From an uncultured Gemmatimonadales bacterium (GTDB taxonomy: Bacteria; Gemmatimonadota; Gemmatimonadetes; Gemmatimonadales; Gemmatimonadaceae): a stretch of 64,000 nt of DNA. The notes under the pieces were generated by a model, which had not been told where the DNA came from, searched no databases, and saw only the letters and a program-made list of their open reading frames with translations. A program made the translations under genes and the position numbers. Shown piece after piece: positions 29,203-37,920 of this stretch (the first letter of the stretch is position 1; each line of letters opens with the position of its first letter). The DNA lies in NCBI GenBank assembly GCA_963793305.1, contig CAWBZV010000005.1:896001-960000 (forward strand), written 5' to 3'.

Positions 29203-29877
29203 TCAATCACTGCTCAGCCGCCACTCGATCGCGCGCTGCATCAACGCGCGCGCGCTCGGGAGCGACAGCTTGTCCTTGATGTGCGCTTGATACGATTCGA
29301 CGGTCTTGATGCTCAAATGCAGTTGCTCGGCGATCTCGCGCGTCCCGTGGCCGTCGCCGATGAGCCTGAACACTTCGAGCTCGCGGTCGCTGAGCGTCGA
29401 GACGAGGCTCTGCGGCGAGTTGCCTTGTTTCGAGACGAGCTGTTGCAGCATCGTGTTCGCGATGCGATCGCTGACGTACACCTCGTGGCGCAAAATGCGG
29501 CGGATCGCCACGAGCACCCGCTCGGTGGCTTCCTGCTTCATGATGTAGCCGTTCGCGCCCGCCCGCAGGGCTCGCTCGGCGTAGAGCGACTCGTCGTGCA
29601 TCGACAGGACGAGAATGGGCAGGTTGGTATCGGTCGCCCGAATGCTCTTCAGTAGGTCGAGTCCGTCGGGCCCATTGAGCGAGATGTCGAGTACCAAGAC
29701 GTCGGGATTGAGCGCGGCAAGCGCGGCGGGGACCGGCCAGGCTGCCTCAGCCTCGCCGCAGACTATGAGATCCGGCTCCTGATTGATGAGCAGCGTCAGG
29801 CCCTGTCGGACGATCGGGTGATCGTCGACGAGAAAGACGCGGTACCGATCGGTCACGCGCGCAGCGGGAATCGACAC
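29203..29877 (-). CDS. NarL/LuxR-family response regulator
   Basis: LVDDHPIVRQGL, LDISL, GYIMKQE, LSDRELEVF...LSIKTVESY HTH; exact start uncertain. Confidence 0.95.
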   Translation of the reverse strand: MSIPAARVTDRYRVFLVDDHPIVRQGLTLLINQEPDLIVCGEAEAAWPVPAALAALNPDVLVLDISLNGPDGLDLLKSIRATDTNLPILVLSMHDESLYAERALRAGANGYIMKQEATERVLVAIRRILRHEVYVSDRIANTMLQQLVSKQGNSPQSLVSTLSDRELEVFRLIGDGHGTREIAEQLHLSIKTVESYQAHIKDKLSLPSARALMQRAIEWRLSSD

Positions 29878-31256
29878 GAGACCACCGTCCCGCGCTCCGG
29901 CCCGCGCCGCACTTCGACTGATCCGCCGACCAAATTCGCGCGATATCGCATGATGTGGAGCCCCAGTCCGCTTCGGCTCGGCAATGTGTCGGGCAATCCC
30001 ACCCCATCATCCTCGATAGTGATATTGCCCTCTTCCGCCGATCGCCGCAACGAGACGCATACGCGCGTCGGCCTGGCGTGGCGGATGGCATTGTTCACGG
30101 CCTCCTGCACGATGTGATACACCTGCGTTGCCACCCTCACATCGGGCACCTCGATAGGCTCATTGCACCGTATTTCACAAGGGATGCGAAAGAGGTCCTC
30201 GACCTCTCCGGCCCACCGCTTGAGCGCGGCGAGCAGACCCTCCGCGTCCGACAACACCGGCAGCAGGCCCCGGGACAGCTCGCGAGTCTTATTGATGGCC
30301 TCGTTGACGAGCCGGACGATCTTGGCTGCATCCGCCGGCTCGGCCATCTGCCCGTCGGCGAGCTTCTGCTCCAGGACCTTCGACATGAAGGCAATGCCCG
30401 TGAGATGCTGACCGAGGCCGTCGTGCAGATCCTGTGCGATCTGTCGCTGCACCGTGGTGCTGACATTGAGGATGGCCTCTTCCATCCGCTTGCGCTCCGT
30501 GATGTCGATGCCGGTCGCGATCACCGAGCCGGGGGAAAGCGTCGTGCACGACCAGGCAATGCGCCGCTGGCCTCCATCCGCATCGGTCAGCCAGCTCTCG
30601 AACTCGCTGCGAGCGACAGTCTGGGGAGGAATCGAGAACAACTCGCCGAACGATCGTCCGTTGGCCGTGCGCCCCAGCAACCGCTCGCACGCGCGGTTGG
30701 ACCGGATGATCTGCCCGGAGGGGTCCAGGACGACGATCAGCGCGCCGACAGTGTCGAGGATCCCGGACACGACGTTGCGCTCCTCTTGCAGCGCTTCCTC
30801 CGTGCGCTTGAGCTCCGTGATATCGAACGCGACTCCGTGGATGAACCACGGACGCCCGTCGTCACGCCGCACCATCTTGGCTTCGCAGTGGAACCACACC
30901 ATGTGGCCATCGCGCGCGATGACGCGATACGCCGATCGCAACGGCCGTCCCGTCAGGAACATCTCGGCCGCTTCGATGCTCCAGCGTGAGCGATCGTCCG
31001 GGTGCACCTGGTTGTACCAGCGCACGGGGTCCTCGAGCCATTCCGCTTGTGTGAATCCGAGCACTTCTTCGATCCGCGGACTCACATATGCTTCACCGAT
31101 GCCGCGGTCGAGGTAGGCCATGAAGACGACGGCTTGGACCTGCTCGACCAGCGTCCGGTACCGGGCCTCGAGCGTGTGCTCTTCCATCTGGCCCGGCGGT
31201 CCGACAAAGACCGACGCGAGCCCTACGAGCGTGGCCTCCGCTTCTATTTGATTCAC
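29853..31256 (-). CDS. Soluble PAS-PAS sensor histidine kinase (HisKA_3 type)
   Basis: YVSPRIEEVLGF...VHPDDR PAS, IAQDLHDGLGQHL, QEAVNNAIRHA, DDGVG, GLGL; no TM segment; GTG overlaps the upstream stop. Confidence 0.93.
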   Translation of the reverse strand: MNQIEAEATLVGLASVFVGPPGQMEEHTLEARYRTLVEQVQAVVFMAYLDRGIGEAYVSPRIEEVLGFTQAEWLEDPVRWYNQVHPDDRSRWSIEAAEMFLTGRPLRSAYRVIARDGHMVWFHCEAKMVRRDDGRPWFIHGVAFDITELKRTEEALQEERNVVSGILDTVGALIVVLDPSGQIIRSNRACERLLGRTANGRSFGELFSIPPQTVARSEFESWLTDADGGQRRIAWSCTTLSPGSVIATGIDITERKRMEEAILNVSTTVQRQIAQDLHDGLGQHLTGIAFMSKVLEQKLADGQMAEPADAAKIVRLVNEAINKTRELSRGLLPVLSDAEGLLAALKRWAGEVEDLFRIPCEIRCNEPIEVPDVRVATQVYHIVQEAVNNAIRHARPTRVCVSLRRSAEEGNITIEDDGVGLPDTLPSRSGLGLHIMRYRANLVGGSVEVRRGPERGTVVSCRFPLRA

Positions 31257-32215
31257 GTGCGCCGCTTGTTGAGGGAGGCCTGGGTAAACCGCCGCAGCGC
31301 GTGAATGGCCTTACCGTATGTCATGACCGCGGCCGTCGAGAGCAGGGAACCGGGCGGCTGATTCATGAAGGGTTGAAACTTGTCCGGAAATCCAGGCATA
31401 GTGCACCCGATGCAAATGCCGCCCACGTTGGGACAACCGCCGATCCCACTCATCCATCCCCGCTTCCCGACGTTGCACTGCACAACCGGTCCCCAGCAGC
31501 CGAGCTTCACAATGCAGGTCTTCGCTCCGTACGTATCGGCGAACTCACCTTGCTCGTAATATCCTCCACGATCGCACCCTTCGTGCACGGTGCTCTCGAA
31601 GAGCCAACGCGGCCTCAGCGACTCATCGAGCGAAATCATCGGCGCGCGTCCCGCCGCCATGTGCAATAAATAGAGCAGCGTCTCCATCATATTATCGGGT
31701 TGCACGGGGCAACCTGGGACGCATACGATCGGAATCTGCGCCTGGGACCGCCATTCCCAGCCCAGGTAGTCGGGCAAGCCCATGCAACCGGTCGGGTTGC
31801 CTTGCATGGCGTGAATGCCGCCGTACGCCGAGCATGTGCCCGCGGCGACGACGGCCCAGGCATTCGGCGCCAGGCGATCGATCCACGTGCACGTCTTGAT
31901 CGGTTCCTTCGTGGTTGGGTCAGTGCCGAACGATGCCCAGTAGCCTTCGCCGGCGAGCGATTCATCCGGAATCGAGCCTTCGACGACCAGGATGAAGGGG
32001 CCGAGTTTTCCTTCGGCCCCACGCCTGAAGATGTCGACGAACTCGTCACCGTTCTCGATCGATAGGAACGGGTTATGCAACGTCACCTTCGGAATCCACG
32101 GAATCGCGCCGCGCACAACATCTTCGATACTGGGCTGCGTCGCGGCGGTCATCGCAATCGTATCGCCGTCGCAGCTCAAGCCGGCGGTGAGCCAGAGAAT
32201 CGAGATCTCATTCAT
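31253..32215 (-). CDS. Second (orphan) group 1h hydrogenase small-subunit paralog
   Basis: AGLSCDGD, GTCSAYGG, PGCP, HEGCDRGGYY, CIVKLGCWGP, GGCPNVGGICIGC; shorter N- and C-termini than hhyS. Confidence 0.94.
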   Translation of the reverse strand: MNEISILWLTAGLSCDGDTIAMTAATQPSIEDVVRGAIPWIPKVTLHNPFLSIENGDEFVDIFRRGAEGKLGPFILVVEGSIPDESLAGEGYWASFGTDPTTKEPIKTCTWIDRLAPNAWAVVAAGTCSAYGGIHAMQGNPTGCMGLPDYLGWEWRSQAQIPIVCVPGCPVQPDNMMETLLYLLHMAAGRAPMISLDESLRPRWLFESTVHEGCDRGGYYEQGEFADTYGAKTCIVKLGCWGPVVQCNVGKRGWMSGIGGCPNVGGICIGCTMPGFPDKFQPFMNQPPGSLLSTAAVMTYGKAIHALRRFTQASLNKRRT

Positions 32216-32324
32216 GTCACACGCGCGCTCGTGGGCCTGGTTGGCGGTGATCGGCATCGTCGGTTACGTCGTCGCTCGCGCGTTGCCCGACGTTGCTCGT
32301 TATCTACGCATACGCCGTATGTAG
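32214..32324 (+). CDS. 36-aa membrane peptide, DUF6893-like paralog
   Basis: MSHARSWAWLAVIGIVGYVVARALPDVARYLRIRRM; same C-terminal motif as 22913-23113. Confidence 0.7.
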   Translation: MSHARSWAWLAVIGIVGYVVARALPDVARYLRIRRM

Positions 32325-32360
32325 GACGTTACAGCCCTGGAGAACGCTGGCGGTTCTCTC

Positions 32361-32514
32361 GATGGTTCTGAGTGGCGCTTCGCGCCGCTCGCTTTGCTCG
32401 CCAAACGCAAACGCTGGAAGCAGCGAAGCGATCAACGCCGAAGTGACTAGTACCCGTAGCGGTCAACGCCGGAAGCGAAGCGACGGCGGGCGCGAAGCGC
32501 CACTCAGAACCATC
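32361..32514. repeat. 154-bp element with perfect 26-bp terminal inverted repeats (MITE/REP-like; could act as a bidirectional terminator)
   Basis: gatggttctgagtggcgcttcgcgcc at 32361-32386 and its reverse complement at 32489-32514; lies between convergent genes. Confidence 0.85.
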
Positions 32515-32753
32515 TATTTGTTGATCGCGCCTTTCACTTTGGCCTCGAGATCAGCAAGCTCCGCGTGAAACTTGCTGAGCCCGGCATGACTCGCAGCGCC
32601 GACCTGCTGCATGACCGCATTCGCCTTAGCCCTCAACTCGGCGAGCTTCTGCGTGCTCGCCGTCTGAGCCTTCGCGCCCGCCGCCGCAAGCTCGCCCTTG
32701 ACCTTCGTCATCTCCGCGTTGAGCGCGTCCAACCGCTGGTCCATCGAATCCAC
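32514..32753 (-). CDS. Small coiled-coil hypothetical protein
   Basis: RBS GGGAGG before GTG; Ala/Lys-rich helical sequence. Confidence 0.75.
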   Translation of the reverse strand: MDSMDQRLDALNAEMTKVKGELAAAGAKAQTASTQKLAELRAKANAVMQQVGAASHAGLSKFHAELADLEAKVKGAINK

Positions 32754-32845
32754 GCCGCCTCCCAGTTTTTTGGATGCGGATGGCTAGCGCCGGACTGATG
32801 CAATTGTCAAGGCGATAGTAGTACCGATGAGCCCGGCGAGCAATG

Positions 32846-33476
32846 TCATCGCCGCCCCGCCTTCGTGCCCGTCTCGAGCTTGTTCCGCACCTCTCTCACA
32901 ACGCCGCTCGCCAGACGGCCCTCGTGCTCGGCCATGAACCCTCGCACGGCCTCGGGATCGCGCTTCGCCAAATCTCGCAGCGCCCACGAGAGTGCCTTCC
33001 AGACCATTGGCTCGCCGTCAGCCGCGCTCATCCGGCAGACGCGCAGTGTGCGCGACGCCGTCTGACCGAGCGTGCTGACGAGCGCCGCGCGCCGCCACCA
33101 CACGTTCTTCGACATCGTCCACGCCCTAACCTGCGAATCCGAGATCCCCCCAGTCCGCCACGCGGGCCCCGCGAGAAGCTTCCCAAAGCAGTCGGCGTCG
33201 AACCAACTCGGTGAGATGCACGCCAAGCCGTATCACCGTGCGGTAGCTCAGGGAACCCATCGCGCCAGCGTGGTACGCGCAGAGCTCATAGCCGACGAGA
33301 CGCAACGCAGTGTCGTCGCTTTCGACCAAGGGCCACACGATCCCGAGCACCGCCGTGGCCGGCGCGTCGGCGAGCGTCCGCGAGAACGCCCGTCGCACCG
33401 TACGAACGCTCCGCGTATCTCGACGCGGGAGCGCCCGTACGGCGCGGCGTATCTCAGTGACAACTGTTCGTGACAA
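32846..33476 (-). CDS. DNA alkylation repair (AlkD-like HEAT repeat) protein (+1 frameshift near 33211)
   Basis: SWFDADCFG...NVWWRRAALVST...MVWKALSWALRDL...VVREVRNKLETG. Confidence 0.85.
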
Positions 33477-34288
33477 TCCGACGGGCGGTGAGGTCGAGCG
33501 TGCACGCGAGGAGCTGCGTCCCCCGCATGGCGTCGAAGACGCCGAGCGGGATCTGCGTTTGCCCGTTGAACGTCACGACAATGTGCCGCGAGACGGTCGC
33601 GACCTTGTGAACGCCATGCGTCGTGTGCGTGACCGTCAGCGTGACCCATCGCGCGAGCGTCCCTGAATGTCGGCGCGGTGACGCCATTCCGCGGATTCGG
33701 GAACGTCACGTCAGAAGCCGTGTCATACGCCACACCGCTGTACGTCCGGTCCAGCCCCGGCGTCTGGTGCGTGGCGGTATCCGCATCGAGCCCCGTCGCA
33801 TTCCACACGTGCGACGTCGCCGATGCCAGGGTCGGACTGCCGGTGACATCGAGCCCCCAGTTGCGCGTGGCATGGGCGACGAACCGCGGGTCGTTATCGG
33901 CCTCCACGAGCGACGCCGTAAACGCGATCGAGTCCGTCGACGCGACCACGAACATGTTCTGGCACACGCCGCCGGCGAAGTATTCCCAGGTCGCGGCGTA
34001 CGCAACGGTATCGGGATGCGACTCGGACTGCGAGAACGTGATCGCGCCGCTGTTCGAGTGCATCGTACACGGAGTCGTCGATGGCACGACGCTGGCCAAT
34101 GTGCTGCCGGCGGCTTCCGCCTGGGCGAAGAATGCCGCACCCGTCGCCACCGCGGGCGCGGAGCTCGCCGCGATATCGGTGCTCATCTGCTGATCCGACA
34201 GCGCGTCGCCCGGTGCGGTCGAATTGCCGTTGCACGCCCCCAACGCCAAGATCGCGGTGAGGGTCATTGAGACTCGCGAGGTGTGCAT
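33454..34288 (-). CDS. Hypothetical lipoprotein (+1 frameshift near 33667)
   Basis: RBS GGAGG, lipobox LGAC; Thr-rich beta sequence continues as SGTLARWVTLTV...CTLDL after the shift. Confidence 0.78.
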
Positions 34289-35280
34289 TAGTCCTCCTGG
34301 ATGAGTCGAGTGCACCAAGCATCGAGCTCGGCGTGCTCGGTCTGTGCGCCGGCCCGCTCGAACAGCTCGAGCGCGGCCCGCGCGTGCTGCTTGGCCTCCG
34401 CCACGGCCCCGCGCGCCGCCGCCAACTGCGCGCGCGCGCGAAACGTCTCGGCCTCGAGCAGCGGGTTCGCATGCCGCGCCGCGAAACCGGATGCGCGCTC
34501 GAGCGCGGCCGCCGCATCGGCGAACGCACCCGCCGCGATGCAGGCCAAGCCCAACACGCGGAGCCCGTCCGCGGTCCCCGCCGGATCACCGAGCCCGAGA
34601 CACTCGGTCGCGCCACGCAGCGCCGCGACTCGCGCGACCGCGTGGTCGCCGCGGCGCAGCGCCAGCTCGGCCCGGCCGATCCGGGCCAGCGCCGCCAGGC
34701 GCGCCGCCGGCACGGCGCGCGCGAACTCGATCGCGCGCTGCTCGCACTCGTCCGCCAGATCCAACTCGCCCAAGTCCCGATAGCTGATGGCCATGTTATG
34801 GTAGCTCTCGGCCAACCCCCGGACGTTCCCCAATCGCTGATACGCCGGAACGGCGAGCTTGTACATGACGAGCGCATCGACGCGACGACCGCGGACGTTG
34901 GCGATCTGCCCGAGGTTATTGATGGCGCGCGCGACGAGGAGCGGATCGTCCTCCTGCTCCCCGAGCTCCACAGCGCGCCGGAACGCGAGCTCGGCGCCAT
35001 CGAGCTGCCCGAGCTCGAACTGCGCGGCGCCCCACAAATTCATCGCCCGTCGCCGACTCACCCAATCACCACTCCGTTCGACATCGGGCAGCGTCCGCCG
35101 CAACCACGCCTCCGCCTCGCGCGCGCGCGCGGAACGGAGCAGCGCCTCGCCGACGAGCGCCACTTGCTCCGGCTCGGGTGCCCCGTCGGCAAGATTGCCC
35201 AACAGGTGCAGCACCTCGCCCCATCGCCCGGCGCGAGCGTGCTCGCGCGCGGAGACGAGTCCCTCAGTAAGCAGTGGCAT
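34288..35280 (-). CDS. Tetratricopeptide repeat protein
   Basis: ARAINNLGQIA, AESYHNMAISYRDLGELDLA TPR units. Confidence 0.85.
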   Translation of the reverse strand: MPLLTEGLVSAREHARAGRWGEVLHLLGNLADGAPEPEQVALVGEALLRSARAREAEAWLRRTLPDVERSGDWVSRRRAMNLWGAAQFELGQLDGAELAFRRAVELGEQEDDPLLVARAINNLGQIANVRGRRVDALVMYKLAVPAYQRLGNVRGLAESYHNMAISYRDLGELDLADECEQRAIEFARAVPAARLAALARIGRAELALRRGDHAVARVAALRGATECLGLGDPAGTADGLRVLGLACIAAGAFADAAAALERASGFAARHANPLLEAETFRARAQLAAARGAVAEAKQHARAALELFERAGAQTEHAELDAWCTRLIQED

Positions 35281-35806
35281 AGACGGTAAAGCCGTCGACA
35301 CGCCCCGTGACGTTCTGCAAATCCTGCCGCGTGTTGCTCGAGACCTTATGCCACGGCTCGCCGGGGTTCTCCTGCTTCCACAGCGACAGACTCGACTCGT
35401 TGGTTGGCGAGACGCTGTGCTTGGCGTGCGCGTATGACATCGTGAGCTCTGCCGGGTGACCATTGACGAAGGTGAGGCCGGCCGGCTGGAACCCGACGAT
35501 GAGGCGCGTCGAATCGGCGATCGCCACGGTAATGAGGACCGAGTCGCCCGTCGTCATGGACAAGGCGTTCGCGGGGACATTGAACGTCATGAACGGCACG
35601 GAGTCCTGGTAGTAAATGACCACGCCGCGGTCCTGGCCCGCGACAGCGTAGAACTGCACGGTGTCAACCAGAAACCCCGGCGCGCCCGAATCGGGCGTGA
35701 GAAAATGCAATGCCGATTCCGGCGCCACGGGGTCAGGAGCGAGCGTGGTCCCACATCCGGCAATCGCCAACGCGGCAGCGATCGTCAGTACCGGCCTATG
35801 CTTCAT
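35264..35806 (-). CDS. Hypothetical lipoprotein
   Basis: Lipobox IAGC; ends [13 protein letters not shown]. Confidence 0.8.
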   Translation of the reverse strand: MKHRPVLTIAAALAIAGCGTTLAPDPVAPESALHFLTPDSGAPGFLVDTVQFYAVAGQDRGVVIYYQDSVPFMTFNVPANALSMTTGDSVLITVAIADSTRLIVGFQPAGLTFVNGHPAELTMSYAHAKHSVSPTNESSLSLWKQENPGEPWHKVSSNTRQDLQNVTGRVDGFTVYATAY

Positions 35807-37181
35807 CAGTTATCTCATCCGGCTCATCGAGCAGGCGTTTGAGTCGAGTACGTGAAATGCCGAGTTGCCGCGCGGCTTCACTCTTGTTGCCGCGACACCG
35901 TTCGACCGCCGAATGCACGGCGGCCCGGATCGTCGCGTCGAGTGGCTGCAGTCCCATCCCCGTGCCGGCGCCGGGTACACTGGCGGCGGTCGGCTCGGGA
36001 TCGGTAATGAAATCCGCGGGCTCCAACGTCGTAGCATTGGAGAGGAGCAGCGTCCGCTCGATGATGTTGCGCAACTCTCGCACGTTTCCAGGCCAATCCC
36101 GTGCGGTCAACGCAACCTGAGCACTCCTGCCAAGTACCGGCTCAGGCAGGCCGTACTCGACCGCGAACTTGGCGATAAAATGTCTCGCCAAAGGTACGAT
36201 GTCCTCTCGACGTGCTCTCAGCGAAGGGAGCGTAATGGGCACAACGTTGAGCCGAAAATAGAGATCTTCCCGAAAGGCACTGCGCCGCACAGCGTCAGCC
36301 AGGTCAACATGCGAAGCGGCAATAACGCGCACGTCGACCGGAATGGGCCGAGTTCCCCCAACGCGCCGTAGGACGCGCTCCTCGAGAACCCGGAGCAGCT
36401 TCCCTTGGAGCGGCCCGGCCAGATGCCCGATCTCATCGAGCAACAGCGTGCCACCGTGCGCCAACTCGAACAGGCCGGCCTTCGCGTTCGTCGCGCCGGT
36501 GAACGCCCCACGCTCGTGCCCGAACAACTCGCTCTCCAGCAACTGATCGGGAATCGCCGCGCAGTTGACGTCAACAAACGGTGCTGCCTGTCGCGGCCCT
36601 TGATAGTGAATGGCGCGCGCGACGAGCTCCTTGCCCGTCCCGGTCTCGCCATTCAAGAGCACCGTGACGGAAGGGTGGGGGATCACGCGCGCCGCGCGCT
36701 CCAGCGCCGCGTTGAGCGCCGCGCTCGTCCCGATGATGCCATCAAACCGATATTTCTCGCGCTCGACGTCCGTGAACGTTGCCCGCGCGGCCGCGGTCCG
36801 CATGGTATCGAACCGCTCCCTGAGCCACGACGCGAGCACGTCGCGATCGCCCGGCAACGCAAAGTATTCAGAGGCGCCCGCTCGCCCGATCGTTCCCGCG
36901 AGCCGGTGGTCCGCCCGTGCTCCGACGGCGCCGACCTCCATGCCGCTGCCCACGAGGCGCCGCACGAGCGGCTCGAGCTGCTCTTCTTCGCCGGGCGCCA
37001 CCACAAGCGCTATCGCGTCGGACCGCGGCGCGACGTCGCCGGGATCCGCCGTCATCGTGAGCATGACGTCGCACTCGGTGGCGAGGTGCGGCCACAGCGT
37101 GCGGAACGACTCGCCGTTCTGAATGACGACGAGACGTGGTCGAAGCTCTGTTGCCGTGGCCAAGCGGGCCGTGCCGCTCAA
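35796..37181 (-). CDS. Sigma-54-dependent Fis-family transcriptional activator
   Basis: [41 protein letters not shown]-terminal HTH; start uncertain. Confidence 0.94.
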   Translation of the reverse strand: MSGTARLATATELRPRLVVIQNGESFRTLWPHLATECDVMLTMTADPGDVAPRSDAIALVVAPGEEEQLEPLVRRLVGSGMEVGAVGARADHRLAGTIGRAGASEYFALPGDRDVLASWLRERFDTMRTAAARATFTDVEREKYRFDGIIGTSAALNAALERAARVIPHPSVTVLLNGETGTGKELVARAIHYQGPRQAAPFVDVNCAAIPDQLLESELFGHERGAFTGATNAKAGLFELAHGGTLLLDEIGHLAGPLQGKLLRVLEERVLRRVGGTRPIPVDVRVIAASHVDLADAVRRSAFREDLYFRLNVVPITLPSLRARREDIVPLARHFIAKFAVEYGLPEPVLGRSAQVALTARDWPGNVRELRNIIERTLLLSNATTLEPADFITDPEPTAASVPGAGTGMGLQPLDATIRAAVHSAVERCRGNKSEAARQLGISRTRLKRLLDEPDEITDEA

Positions 37182-37389
37182 TTTCTCATAAGCTTGGGCG
37201 CCACCATAAGTATTCCTATGAAAGGCAGGGTCCGCGCCGGGCTCGTCAATGCCAACCTGGAGATAACTTACGCTCCCGTAAGTATTTGGCCATTGTGATC
37301 TAGATCACAGTCAACGCGACTGGTTCGAATCGATGCACGTCTGTATCGATTCGGGCCGCCGTTGCGCGATGGGTCCATTTCCGGCAACC

Positions 37390-37920
37390 ATGCTTCTCGT
37401 GCATCCCGACATTGATTCCGACGCCCTGTTCGCTCTCTTCTATAATGAGCTTCACCAGCTGGCCGAGGCGAGCCTGCGTCGAGCTGGCGCGGCGCTCACG
37501 CTCGGCGCCACGACGCTGATCCACGAGGCGTATCTGAACATTGCGGGACGCCAGAACGTCGCGTTCGTGGACCGCGCCCGGTTTCTCGCTTACGCGTCGC
37601 GCGCCATGCGTGGTCTCACGATCGACTACGCGCGACGCCGGCGCGCGGCGAAGCGCGGTGGTGGCCTCCTGATCACGCTCGACGACGAGTCGCCCTCCGC
37701 CGAAACCATTCACGCCAGTGGAGAGCTCGAACGCTTGGGCGATGCGCTCAACGACCTCGCCAAGCTCGAGCCGGCGTTGGCCGACCTGGTCGACATGCAT
37801 TTTTTCGCCGGTTTCTCGTTCGCCGAGATCGCCGAGTTGCGCGGCGTCTCCGATCGCACGGTGCAGCGCGACTGGCGAAAAGCGCGGCTATTGTTGCATC
37901 ACGCGCTGCTGGAGAGCTGA
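37390..37920 (+). CDS. ECF-type sigma factor (kinase-associated type)
   Basis: FYNELHQLA...TTLIHEAYL...AMRGLTIDYARRRRAAKRGG...RTVQRDWRKAR. Confidence 0.92.
   Translation: MLLVHPDIDSDALFALFYNELHQLAEASLRRAGAALTLGATTLIHEAYLNIAGRQNVAFVDRARFLAYASRAMRGLTIDYARRRRAAKRGGGLLITLDDESPSAETIHASGELERLGDALNDLAKLEPALADLVDMHFFAGFSFAEIAELRGVSDRTVQRDWRKARLLLHHALLES

Noticed and set aside
31253..32215. Classical group 2b regulatory hydrogenase (HupU/HoxB)
   Set aside because: The sequence is a close paralog of the group 1h HhyS, no HupV/HoxC is present, and the regulator is NarL-type.
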